Of a stretch of DNA of 64,000 bases, positions 32,082 to 42,184 are shown piece after piece (the stretch's first letter is position 1; each line of letters begins with the position of its first letter). The position numbers and the translations under genes are program-made. Source of the DNA: Nitrospirota bacterium (GTDB lineage Bacteria; Nitrospirota; Nitrospiria; Nitrospirales; Nitrospiraceae); the NCBI GenBank assembly GCA_963703955.1, contig CAVPGK010000011.1, positions 32,001 to 96,000 of the forward strand, in the 5' to 3' direction. The notes beneath the pieces were generated by a model. That model was given only the letters and a program-made list of their open reading frames with translations. It made no database searches and was not told where the DNA came from.

Positions 32082-32125
32082 AAAAAAAACGCCCTCCCGG
32101 TCCATTCCCTGAACCAAAAGGACGT
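32082..32125 (-). terminator. intrinsic terminator (attenuator) in the leader of porin-urtABCDE
   Basis: ACGTCCTTTTGGTTC-loop-GGACCGGGAGGGCGT stem running into a T8 tract. Confidence 0.8.
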
Positions 32126-32183
32126 CATTGTCCCAATGTTTAAGCCGTGCCCCGAAGAGAAGGACTCCGTTGTCCTCCTCTCC
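32119..32183 (-). ncRNA. ANTAR-type dual-hairpin cis-regulatory RNA
   Basis: GGAC[AACGGA]GUCC and GGAC[AAUGAC]GUCC hexaloops (A1, G4, C-G closing pair); the second overlaps the terminator 5' arm. Confidence 0.8.
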
Positions 32184-32202
32184 CCCATTGCACAGCTGCG
32201 CG

Positions 32203-32232
32203 CTTATAGTCTGATCTCTTTCCTAATGTCAA
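32203..32232 (-). promoter_or_regulatory. sigma70-type promoter of the urea uptake operon
   Basis: TTGACA-18 nt-TATAAG, ~20 nt upstream of hairpin 1. Confidence 0.7.
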
Positions 32233-32473
32233 GGGTTACCACATCGTACCGTCTGGATAATTGCTTATGGAAGCAGTCGTCGTGGTGGGTTCAGAACAGA
32301 TTCTGATGGTACTAGTGGACTGTAACAACAAAATCGAGAGTAAACGCGATGCCGGGGATTAGCGTACTTCGCTTACGCGTGTGGCTTCTATTTGTATATG
32401 CAGAATCGAACACTACCGAATATTCGTTACAGTCCACTAGTGGTCCCAATCATGCCGAACTTGGAAGTCTACC

Positions 32474-33560
32474 TTGCACGCCGTCAATATCGTTTTCACT
32501 CCCGGTTTCTTCTCTTGTTGTGCTAGACTAGCGCCGCATCTGGTGAGGTCGTCCAGCGTTGTTCTCGAAACGATCAATCATTGCAATCGCACTGAGGGGT
32601 TGCTCTCAGCATGTACGTCCTCCCCTCGCCCCGAAGTCATGATTCATGAGAGTCCGAGGGGGGCCGTGTATCTTGAGCGAATCGCCGACCGGGCTGTGCA
32701 AGCAACCCACCCCATCTCGCTGGATGAGGGTCTGATCACTCGAATCTTTCGCGGTGTCCTGGTGGTGGCTGACAGGATCACACTTCAATCGCTGTTCGGC
32801 AGCGAAGCGAAGACGGCCCGAGCTTTCTCCGATGAGGATGCCGCTTTCGTCGCTCCTCAGGTTGCAAAAGCGTTTTTGCAGGCTAGGCCGGACCAGCAGG
32901 TCGGCTTCCGTCTTCTTTATGCGGTCAGTCCTATTTCGTATCCGGCCGGTGGCGGGGCCGCCGTGGGCTCAACGGCCCCGTTCCCAACCAGTCCGCAGAC
33001 ACAGACTACAGTGGGTGCTTTGTACGTCAATGGCTTGTCGGTTCACCTGACACTCAAGGAGTTTCAGTACGGACCGACCAGCGCCGACACCATCGGCGGT
33101 CCCAATCGGTACTATCCAGACCGGACGGGATTTGATTCGCGCGAGATTGCTTTCGTCCCACGGACAGCGGAACGCCCCGACATCTACAAATCCACAGGGG
33201 CTATTTGGCCAGCCACAGTCGAAAACCGTTGTGATCGATTATCAACTCCTGGCGAAACTTCCGGTCGGACTAACACCCGGCTTTGCCCCGGTTTCAATGA
33301 GTGAAACGTCCGCGCAGCTTCAGGCAAAAGAAGAGGCTGCCGCGTTGGTCGCGAGCCCGCCGGCCAAATCGGCCGAGAAATCGCCGTCGGATTCCGAAGA
33401 GGTTCAGTTGCTGAAGGATCTCGTGATCAAGAAGGATATGGAGCTGGAGGCCTTGAAGAAGGAGCTCCGCAACACGCAGCGTCAGTTATCGGAACGCGAA
33501 GCGGAGCTTCAAAATCAGACGAAGCGGAAGGGCAAGCCCACGCCGAAGGCACAGGAATAG
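32474..33560 (+). CDS. hypothetical lipoprotein-like protein with C-terminal coiled coil (frameshift near 33197; start uncertain)
   Basis: LLSAC lipobox-like motif; two ORFs join by removing one G from a G4 run. Confidence 0.6.
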
Positions 33561-33581
33561 TGGGTCGGAGATACAAGGTTC

Positions 33582-34295
33582 TCAGAGGACTTCGATGAGT
33601 TCCCGATGCAGCAGCACTAAATGACTGGAGAGGGGCTCGCGGTAGTTCATCCGGCAGTAGCAGGCATACGTCACATAGGTGTCCTGCAGGCAATAGTCGG
33701 CGATATCCTTCCCTTGACCCTTCGCCCACATCTCGGCCACCTGTTTTCCACTCCCCGATTTCGTTTCGACGTTGAGGGCCCTCGCCAACACATCTAACTT
33801 TACCCAGCCGCGGGTCTCCCAATTGCTCCAGAGCGCCATGGTGTCATAGACCGGTTCAGTCCGAAACTTGACCAAGGGAATCTCACAACTGGGCCTGATC
33901 TGTTGAATGGTCGACCGTTTCCTGATGAAGGGCAGATCGAACCCTAGTCCGTTATGGGTAATATAGAGAGACGGACGAAGCTGCGCCAGTCTGGCCCAGA
34001 ACTGACGCAGCAATTCTTTCTCATTGGGTCCGTACCATGAAATGGCGCCCTGGGGATCCATCGCATCCGAGAACATGATCAAGCCGATGCAAACAATGCG
34101 GCTGAACGTGCCATCGAAGGATGATTTTTCATAGAGTTCGTCTTCGCTCCGCCTCCGTTCATCCGCTTCCGCCCGGGTAAACAAATCCTCCGCATTCTGC
34201 TCTTCCGTGCAAGCAGCCGATGGGGTCAGACCCACAATTCTCGCCCATTCTTCGCGCGGCGCCTGGACTGTTTCAATGTCGAGCGCTACCTTCAT
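33582..34295 (-). CDS. PolB-like 3'-5' exonuclease
   Basis: LDIET, THNGLGFDLPF and YCLQDT exonuclease motifs. Confidence 0.85.
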   Translation of the reverse strand: MKVALDIETVQAPREEWARIVGLTPSAACTEEQNAEDLFTRAEADERRRSEDELYEKSSFDGTFSRIVCIGLIMFSDAMDPQGAISWYGPNEKELLRQFWARLAQLRPSLYITHNGLGFDLPFIRKRSTIQQIRPSCEIPLVKFRTEPVYDTMALWSNWETRGWVKLDVLARALNVETKSGSGKQVAEMWAKGQGKDIADYCLQDTYVTYACYCRMNYREPLSSHLVLLHRELIEVL

Positions 34296-34342
34296 AGGAT
34301 TAAATCCCAGCGACTTATCATCGGCCTGGAAAGCACTGACGG

Positions 34343-34904
34343 CTAGGAGCCTTCCTCAACCAGCGACCTCCACATGATACTGGCATCCTGATAGGTTCCA
34401 TCATCCTTTCGAACGGCGCCCGGAATGACCCCCAATTCTACAAACCCCAGGCTCTTCCAGAGACGCCGCGCCGGCTGGTTTTCAGAGAAGACGAGATTGT
34501 AGATGACGCTTCGATAACCCAATTCCCTGGCGTATTGCAGCATTGTAGCGCCCAAGAGCCATCCTAAGCCCCTGTTGCGCCACTCATGAGCTACGATGAA
34601 GCCGGCATTGGCCACCTGTCGAGCCCGCCCTGGCCAGTTCGGCTTCAAATAAGAAGGCACCGAGCATGCCTGCGTCAAGCGTGCGGTCTAGCAAATACGC
34701 CGCAACCGTGCTCTTTCCGCGGAACCAATACTCCATGAAATCGTCATGGTCCGGAAAGCGATCGTGCGGATAGGACGTTCCTTCTTCGACAATCGCCCGG
34801 TACAACCGGCGCAACGGCTCCACGTCATGCTGGTCGGCCAGTAGAAGCCGAATCGGCGTCCCGTCTTTCAACCTGGCGATGATCGGGAATTGCAAGGACC
34901 TCAC
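34343..34904 (-). CDS. GNAT N-acetyltransferase (frameshift near 34652)
   Basis: YLKPNWPGR...ANAGFIV...RNRGLG and NLVFSEN..A..LW..LGF motifs. Confidence 0.85.
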
Positions 34905-35308
34905 GTGTCGATACGAGGACCTCTCAACGCTTCAATGACCGGTTGGTCCGCAACAGGAAATTCAAAATTGATTAGCTCTTCCGCTGTCACCCATCGGCAT
35001 TCTTCACAACCAAGTGGTTGCGGCTGGCCCTTTTCAATCGAGCAGAAGAAAAAATACAATTCGACTAGCTTCTCCGGGTAGGCGTAACGCACTACCCGGT
35101 AGGGAAGTGGTAAGGCAATCTCAATGCCCAGTTCCTCTCGAAGCTCGCGGCGCAAACAATCTTCCATAGTTTCACCCGGTTCACGCTTCCCTCCCGGAAA
35201 TTCCCACAGGCCTTCCAAATGGACACCCACCCTTCTTCGGGTGATCAAATAGCGACCCGCCTGTCGGATGAGGCCGGCTACAACTTGTACAGGGTGGCTA
35301 TCTGGCAT
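34901..35308 (-). CDS. mutT: MutT-like NUDIX dNTP pyrophosphohydrolase
   Basis: WEFPGGKREPGET..DCLRRELREELG Nudix box; FPVAD; adjacent to mutY. Confidence 0.85.
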   Translation of the reverse strand: MPDSHPVQVVAGLIRQAGRYLITRRRVGVHLEGLWEFPGGKREPGETMEDCLRRELREELGIEIALPLPYRVVRYAYPEKLVELYFFFCSIEKGQPQPLGCEECRWVTAEELINFEFPVADQPVIEALRGPRIDT

Positions 35309-35329
35309 GGGGACCGGCGAAGAATGGAG

Positions 35330-36052
35330 CTAACGTTTGCGCTCAAATGGATAGGTCTTGCACATATCCTTCAGCGGACAGAGCAGACAATAAGGGTCTC
35401 GGGCGCTGCACACGGTCGCCCCGAAGTCCATCAGTGCCTGGTTGAAATCATACCCCTTGCCTTTGGGAATAAGCGCCTCCGACAAGGACCAAAGCCGAGT
35501 CTTCTGTGTTTTGGGATCGCCGGTGCCGATAAATACTCGGTGCAGGAGACGCATGACATTAGTGTCCAAGATGGGCGCATCTTCATTAAACGCAAACGCC
35601 CGAATTGCCCCGGCCGTGTAGCGGCCGATCCCCTTGAATGACAGCAGTTCGACCGGGTCCTTTGGCAGCGCACCGCCGTAGCGCGCCATCGTCTCGCGGG
35701 CGATGCCATGCAAACGATGCGGACGAATGTTGTACCCGAGGGGATACCACGTCTTCCTAACTTCTTCAGGTGCCGCCTGCGCGAGAACCGCAAGGCTGGG
35801 ATAGCGCTCCAGGAATTCGTGATATTTGGGTATCACCCTCTCAACCTGGGTTTGTTGAAGCATCACTTCGGAAACCAGGATTTTGTAAGGATCTGACGTC
35901 TTGCGCCACGGAAGATCCCTCCCGAACTGCCGATACCACTTCAACAACCGGGTCTGAAAGCGCCTCTTCGTAGCGGCGTCTACCGACACTGCGGGCTTTC
36001 TCGATTTGGGATTGGAGTGAGGTTGTTGTAAAGCGGATTGTTTCCGAGACAT
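35330..36052 (-). CDS. mutY: A/G-specific adenine glycosylase (short form)
   Basis: RDLPWR, VSEVMLQQTQV, GIGRYTAGAI, NQALMDFGA and 4Fe-4S C-x6-C-x2-C-x5-C. Confidence 0.9.
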   Translation of the reverse strand: MSRKQSALQQPHSNPKSRKPAVSVDAATKRRFQTRLLKWYRQFGRDLPWRKTSDPYKILVSEVMLQQTQVERVIPKYHEFLERYPSLAVLAQAAPEEVRKTWYPLGYNIRPHRLHGIARETMARYGGALPKDPVELLSFKGIGRYTAGAIRAFAFNEDAPILDTNVMRLLHRVFIGTGDPKTQKTRLWSLSEALIPKGKGYDFNQALMDFGATVCSARDPYCLLCPLKDMCKTYPFERKR

Positions 36053-36345
36053 CGATGGATTCCGTGGCACCATTGTAGGAGGGGGTGACATGAAATGCAA
36101 TCCGACTCCTGTGATCGCATCACGCAGAAATGAGCGGACTCATTTGAATCAGAGACGTAAACCTGATCGAAGAACGGATTCGACTTGGGGTCCCGATCAA
36201 GTTAGGGTCCGTTTTCAACTCAGTAGAGGCACGCTCAAAGGGTCATGGCGAGAAGTTGAACTCCGGATGCGCAGGCAAGGGGATAAATCTTGGAGGATGA
36301 AACTGAAGTTTGATCAGCAACGATGGATGGGCACGGAGAAGCAGT

Positions 36346-37263
36346 CTACAGACACACACGATTGCGACCATCTCTTTTCGCTTTGTAGAGATTTCTGTCT
36401 GCACCAGTCATCGCAATGTCGAGGCCGCCTGGGTCATCAACTGGGTTGAATGTTGTGCCGCCGACACTTATCGTGACTGAGACTGAACCTGAGAGCTCTT
36501 CAATAATAACTGGCGAAGACTCGACTGCTAGACGAATTCTCTCGGCCACCGTCCGCGGATCCGTAACAGGAGGATGCAACAGTAGAATGAATTCCTCCCC
36601 CCAGCGACCTAGTAGATCGCCCGGACGAGTTTGCTGCCGAAGTATTCCGGCCACATGTCTCAGCACCTGATCCCCGATAGAATGCCCCCATTCGTCATTC
36701 ACCTTTTTAAAGTGATCGAGATCAATCAGGAGCACCTCCACCATCTCATGCGCCTGAACCGCCCGCCACCAAATGCGCTCCGCCAGTACGCTCCAGCCTC
36801 TGCGGTTTAGAAGTTCGGTGAGTGGATCCACTGTAGCCTGATGCTCAAACAACTCCTTCAAACGGCGATACTCATCCTCACGCCGTTTCCCCTCTGTGAT
36901 ATCGGTTATGGTTTCCACCGCCAAGACCTTCTGACCGCTGCGAATCGGAGCCCACTGAATCAACATTGACCGACCGTCGGGTAGCGAGACCTCAGAACTT
37001 GTCACTCGTCCCGTTTCGAGCGCCTCACCTGCCTTACAGAAAGAACAACGCTCAGGGGCCTGGGCAATGTTCTCATGGCAACTTTTCCCGACGATGTCAC
37101 CGAACATCGCGCACCCTGACGCATTCTGGAACCGAACCTGCCACTGTTGTGTATCAATGAGGGAAATCACGGCCGGGCTGGCATCTACGAGTTCTTTAAT
37201 ACTGAAGCTATCGTGCCCAGAATTGGCGTCTTGTTCGTGGAAATCGGGTGGCTGAGGTTTCAT
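36346..37263 (-). CDS. PAS-like + GGDEF domain protein (active-site motif one Gly short)
   Basis: DPLTELLNRR, IDLDHFKKVNDEWGH, RPGD I-site, GRWGEEF and LYKAKRDGRN motifs. Confidence 0.9.
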   Translation of the reverse strand: MKPQPPDFHEQDANSGHDSFSIKELVDASPAVISLIDTQQWQVRFQNASGCAMFGDIVGKSCHENIAQAPERCSFCKAGEALETGRVTSSEVSLPDGRSMLIQWAPIRSGQKVLAVETITDITEGKRREDEYRRLKELFEHQATVDPLTELLNRRGWSVLAERIWWRAVQAHEMVEVLLIDLDHFKKVNDEWGHSIGDQVLRHVAGILRQQTRPGDLLGRWGEEFILLLHPPVTDPRTVAERIRLAVESSPVIIEELSGSVSVTISVGGTTFNPVDDPGGLDIAMTGADRNLYKAKRDGRNRVCL

Positions 37264-37311
37264 CGAGAACCTCTTAACGGAGAGCAACCGAACTAGCCCT
37301 GTGAGAAGGCA

Positions 37312-37327
37312 CGCATCTAACATGCCA
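37312..37327 (-). promoter_or_regulatory. possible sigma54 promoter for the GGDEF gene
   Basis: TGGCATGTTAGATGCG, GG-N10-GC spacing. Confidence 0.4.
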
Positions 37328-37655
37328 CCCAGGGTATTGGCAATTCCACTTGATGAACTCCCATGCCTCTGAATGAAATCAACCCCTTGCCGGCCAGAGC
37401 AAGAGCACGAACAGGAAGGGCTTAGGGCGCTGAACATCCATCATCTAGGAAACCGTCTCACTGAAATTCCCAGTGATACACGATGAGACAGTGATCAAAT
37501 ATGAATAACATAGCGCGTAGGAGTTTCCCCCTTGTCCCAATGAAGTTATGGAACCTGCCAAACCCCTGATGCCGAGGCATGGACTATTGCATCAATCAAT
37601 GGCACAACAGCGCAACAGGAAGGATAAGAATGATGACAAGATGAAGAGTGGAGGT

Positions 37656-37732
37656 TGGTGCGCCCGGCAGGAATCGAACCTGCGACAACCAGCTTAGAAG
37701 GCTGGTGCTCTATCCAACTGAGCTACGGGCGC
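37656..37732 (-). tRNA. tRNA-Arg(TCT)
   Basis: 77-nt cloverleaf, anticodon loop CTTCTAA, GGTTCGATTCC T-arm, CCA end. Confidence 0.97.
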
Positions 37733-37877
37733 GAGGAGTTGGTTCAGCTAGCCAGTGGAACGAACCACGAGTGGCATTTGCAAGAACCCAGTCTTACAAA
37801 CCATCCTAGGAAATGATTCATTGCGGAACGATCCGATGGTCATGAACTGAGGTCCGTCAGAACAAACTGGCTTGGGG

Positions 37878-37956
<79 letters not shown>

Positions 37957-37999
37957 ACGCTTGAATTCCAACCACTTACAGAATGCCCTACCGCAGGAG

Positions 38000-38945
38000 A
38001 ATCTGCAACTGTTATTAGACTGTGTGTACTCCTGGAGCTTGGCTGCTGCCGCGTGAAGGGTCCTCGGGCTCAATCGTGCTGTACCGCCGATGCATCTACT
38101 CACTCTTATGCCTGACGATCCTCATGGCCGTAGTCGTATCAACCCCTGCCTTGCGCAAATTGGTACTCGCGGTGTGGCGAAAGTCGTGGAGGCGCCAATT
38201 GCTAATTCCAGCTCCTCGGCAGGCGGCGGCAAACGCGGTCGTCTGGTTCTTCCAAACTTCTCTTATACAGAAACACATGATTGGTGTCTAGGCGTCGCTC
38301 GCGCCATAGCTCGACGAATATCTCGCAAACCTCGTCAGTCATCGAAACCACCCATGTATCGCAGTTCTTGGTCTTCCGTAAGGTGAACTCCTTCCGGCGC
38401 ATATCCACGTCCGCCACTCCAGCTTCAACAGCTCCCCTCGACGTGGCCCGACAGCATGAGCAACAATCTAAAGCCTTCGCAAATGAGGCGCTGCTGTCGC
38501 CTTGAGCCGAAGCCATTCGTCCATGCTGGCAATCCGGTCGCGCTCATTCTTTGGATCCGGCTTCTCAACATGGCTGGCAGGATTATCCTGCAGGAGCGTA
38601 AATCTCGGGCTTCGAGCCACATTGAGCATGTGCGTTAACACGGTATGGTCGTGGTTGATCGTTTGAGTTGTCACCGGCAACCCGCTATCCTTTCGCTGCC
38701 ATCCGCACTTCTGACACGCTGCTAGGGTCACACTGTGTTGCACTGAGTAAAGGGGATCCGTTTGTGCTGTACCCGTTGAGCGCGGTAGTCCGCCACATCC
38801 TACGGACTGTCGACAGGAGTGTTTTGTCACTGAAGAACTCGACCAGGTTCTCGACCTTTAGCTTCCTATCCTTGTAACCCTAACCTCCTCACCTATTCGA
38901 GTTGGAGATAGGTCTCGGCCCATTGCCGGAATGTTGTCGCTTGAA
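38000..38945 (-). pseudogene. tyrosine recombinase/integrase remnant
   Basis: Fragments TFRQWAETYL, TINHDHTVLTHMLNVA, KNERDRIAS, TLRKTKN and WRLHDFRHTASTNLRKAG..HKS..M..RY, with in-frame stops and frameshifts. Confidence 0.88.
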
Positions 38946-39250
38946 CCCTTACAACTGATGGGCTCGGCTCTCGACCTGACAGTAGGCGCGTCTTAAATTT
39001 GAGGCGGCTTCCCAAGCCCCCGCAAAAACGTAACCTGCGTCAGGAACATTTGCGCACCAGTTTTTTGACCTTGCAAACATTGGGGAATCAAAACGGGGGA
39101 AGGTCTCAGTCAGGGCATAGAGCGGAGCGAGCATCGTACCGTACAACCGTGGCGTGCGCTGGTTCATGTTGCTTTTAGTGGGACAGAGAACGAGGATCAG
39201 AAGCCAGAGGGTTTAGGACGGCCTGGCGGATAGGGTTGATGGGCACAAGT

Positions 39251-39296
39251 AAAAGAAAGGCGGGTACCGAGTCAGAGACCGAGCACCCGCCTTTCT
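39251..39296 (-). terminator. intrinsic terminator
   Basis: AGAAAGGCGGGT / ACCCGCCTTTCT stem followed by a T-run on the minus strand, downstream of 39354..40670. Confidence 0.7.
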
Positions 39297-39353
39297 GGGG
39301 TCGCGCTAGAGTTACATCTTTACTGACAGCAATCGTTCCACCGGCCAGGCTCT

Positions 39354-40670
39354 TTACTTGACACTATGGAAGCACTCCTTCACTTTCGTCCATGTACCTT
39401 CCAGGATCGCGTTGGCCCATCCGGCCAAGTGTTCCGCTACCTCCATGAGCCGCTCGGCTTTGTTTTCCAAGCGTTCCGCTTTCTTAGGTTTCTTGTCAGC
39501 CAGGTTATCGGCACGCTCTGATAGGCGTTCCGACTTGACGGTGAACCGCTCGGCCACGTGCAGAAGCTTATTGGCGATGCGTTTCAGCTTCGGCGAGATA
39601 TCGGATGGTTCAGTTGGCGGAGGCGGGGGCGGTCCGTATTTCGCATTTGCCGCCTGCCGCCAGATGACATAATCGAAACTCCCCATGTAGTTTTCATTGA
39701 ATTGCCTGGCTTCAGTTAACGATGCGCCTTTCACTCCACCTGCAAAGATCTGGTCTCCTCGGTCGCGATAGAGGGTATCTCCTGTTTCGAGATAGTACCA
39801 AGCGTAGGCTGGCGCGATCAGTAGGTTGTGACTAGGTTCCCCTCGATCCGACGCATTTTCGTTATTCAGATAGAAGGCTTGCTCATTCGAACGCCAAGCC
39901 GTATCCCATAGTCCGTCGAGTGCCAATTTGATCTTTGGCGGGATCCGGGGATCTGATTGATGGGCATGGGCTTGAATGAGCGCCTGCAGTGTCAATCCAA
40001 CCATAAACGGCTGATGCGGATATTGGCCCGGGGTCTCCCACAGGCGTTGGGTATACCACTGATCAATATGACCCAGCGCCTGCGTGACGTAGGTGTCATA
40101 CTTCATCTTTCTAGGCTCACCCAGATCCTCTGCGTCGATAAGGGTCATGAGCGCGTACGCCACCTCAAGGCTCACACGGTACGATTGAGTGAGAACGTCG
40201 GAGAAGTTGCCACGCGCATAGATGCTATTTTGGGAGAGTAGCCCGACCGCCCTTTTGGACGATTCGTCAGTCGTCTGGCTGTAATCCATCTTGAGTCCCA
40301 TGGTATGTAGCCGGTCGCCGGGCACATTACCGTTCTTCGGTAACACAAATCCGTCTCGATAAGCTGTTTCAGCTAGATTGGCGCAGAACTTCCATGACGG
40401 ATCACTGGTGTACATCGCCATTTGATAGTACACCCGTTCCGCATCATAGTCTGTGTTGGCCAGGCGCTCAGTAGAAGTACCTGTCCCGGCGTTCATGACC
40501 CCGCAATGTTGCTTTCCAAAGTCCGTCATGTGGGTCTCCCACAGGGCCAGTTCGGGAATAGGCACAGGATCGACGGCCGCAATAGCCTGTTGTGGACACA
40601 GCATGAGGAATCCGATCAGAACTACGTAGAGGAGATTCATCCCAGGCTTTGAAAAGGCTTGTGTGCGCAT
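39354..40670 (-). CDS. secreted hypothetical protein (helical domain, poly-Pro linker, charged coiled-coil tail)
   Basis: AAAGGAGG RBS; signal peptide ending QQAIA; PPPPPP linker. Confidence 0.85.
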   Translation of the reverse strand: MRTQAFSKPGMNLLYVVLIGFLMLCPQQAIAAVDPVPIPELALWETHMTDFGKQHCGVMNAGTGTSTERLANTDYDAERVYYQMAMYTSDPSWKFCANLAETAYRDGFVLPKNGNVPGDRLHTMGLKMDYSQTTDESSKRAVGLLSQNSIYARGNFSDVLTQSYRVSLEVAYALMTLIDAEDLGEPRKMKYDTYVTQALGHIDQWYTQRLWETPGQYPHQPFMVGLTLQALIQAHAHQSDPRIPPKIKLALDGLWDTAWRSNEQAFYLNNENASDRGEPSHNLLIAPAYAWYYLETGDTLYRDRGDQIFAGGVKGASLTEARQFNENYMGSFDYVIWRQAANAKYGPPPPPPTEPSDISPKLKRIANKLLHVAERFTVKSERLSERADNLADKKPKKAERLENKAERLMEVAEHLAGWANAILEGTWTKVKECFHSVK

Positions 40671-41384
40671 GAGGTTCCTCCTTTCAGCGTCGCATACTGG
40701 CGGCACTTTGCCGAACAAGCCGCTGTTGCATCTCGGCAGCATACGATGGGTCCAGAGCAACTTGATTAACCGGCATTTCAACGTGCCGAGCACAATGCCA
40801 CTCCCCGGAATGCCTTATTGAGCATTTCTCATGCCCTTACCGCTTTCTTCCACGTTTCATAAGTGTTTTGAAAAAGGGCTTTGGAGGGTCATGTCCAGAG
40901 TTGTGCAACGACAACTAATTGCCGGTCCAGAAACCCGCCCAATTTTTGTCTCAAAGGCAACGAAATTTTTGTTGAGGTGCGCAATGTCTTGGAGCACATC
41001 ATTAGGGCAGGATGGAGCAGCGACGAGGAGACTGAACGGTGATCAAGTAGAGTGGGCGAGCCCGGAAGAAGCCACAGAGTCAAGTATCTGGTGATCAGGT
41101 GGACTCATTCTGTTGTGTTCACTTAGGATCCGTTCACAAGACCTAATTGGACTAAGCAAGGTCTTGAGGTGGCGTGATGGCTGCTATACCAGGTTGGTGA
41201 ATCGAAACGACGACCGTCCAACATGGCTCAGAATTTGTTGGGATACCGGGTGGGGTTAGAAAGCAGCTGGCATTCAATTGTTATCAATGGACACGCGCAG
41301 TACGTATCGTCTCCTCCCGTCGTCGAACCTGTGGATTCTTGCGAGGGTGTCATCCTCTGGTAGACTTGATGTCAGTCCAGGTCA

Positions 41385-41792
41385 ATGGAGGAGGATCCCG
41401 TGTCGACCGGATTTACCATTCGCTCGTATCGCCGGTTTCCGGTCCAGTGTCCCGTCGATTACCGAAGCCCTGATTGCGTCGGGAAAGGCATCGTGCGGAA
41501 CCTGTCCCGCAGTGGTTGGCGGGTCGAAGGAAATCATATTGTCACGCCAGGGATGATCTTGATGTTGGCCGTGTCATTCCCAGGTGAAAGCGTCCCCCTC
41601 ATGGTCGAGAAAGCGATCGTCCGATGGGTCCAGGCGCGCGCCTTCGGCATCAGAATCATCGAGATGCGGCCAGCAGACGCGGCGCGACTCAGACGATTCG
41701 TGACGCTGCTTGAACAAGTGGGTCAGTGTCCTCCTGATTCGCCTCCGTTTCCCCACGGCCGGCGACCTATTCCACCAGCACCCAAGTCGTGA
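41385..41792 (+). CDS. PilZ domain protein
   Basis: RSYRRF (RxxxR) and NLSRSGWRV (D/NxSxxG) motifs; VRW. Confidence 0.8.
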   Translation: MEEDPVSTGFTIRSYRRFPVQCPVDYRSPDCVGKGIVRNLSRSGWRVEGNHIVTPGMILMLAVSFPGESVPLMVEKAIVRWVQARAFGIRIIEMRPADAARLRRFVTLLEQVGQCPPDSPPFPHGRRPIPPAPKS

Positions 41793-42137
41793 GGGGTGCA
41801 CTGCTCTCCGATCGATCGCATACGGTTGTGGATTCTCACTGAGGGCGTGGCGAACACCCCGCAGATGATCGACCAGACCTTCGATGCGGAAGTCATCATC
41901 CACTACCGCAATCGCGCATCGCCTTATTGACTGGCTGTAGTTCAACGAGGTTTTGTTAGCGAGCCCGAAATTTTCGGGGGGGGGGGGGTAACTGTTATTC
42001 CACTGTTAGAAAGACGCACAAATCAGGCTGGAATGCGACAAAATGAGGAAAGGAGAGATCAATGAGTAAGTCGGCCTTACTCTAGAAATAACAAGGGGAT
42101 TGCCCAAGCATTCACTACTTAAGCAATCACCCTATAG

Positions 42138-42181
42138 CTGCTCCCAAAGCAGGTGCGCCTACCAAGCTGTGCTACGCCACG
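42138..42181 (-). repeat. decayed 5' half of tRNA-Pro (att remnant)
   Basis: Matches 37914-37956 with 3 substitutions and 1 insertion; begins 3 nt after the rdgB stop. Confidence 0.9.
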
Positions 42182-42184
42182 TCC

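Noticed and set aside
40680..40800. Riboswitch in the leader of the island secreted protein
   Set aside because: Only short GC hairpins; no recognisable aptamer or expression platform.
41574..41990. Receiver-like IAVVDDD fragment and G13 tract as a phase-variable gene
   Set aside because: Only a few residues resemble a receiver domain, the tract is not in a supported CDS, and homopolymer lengths are unreliable here.
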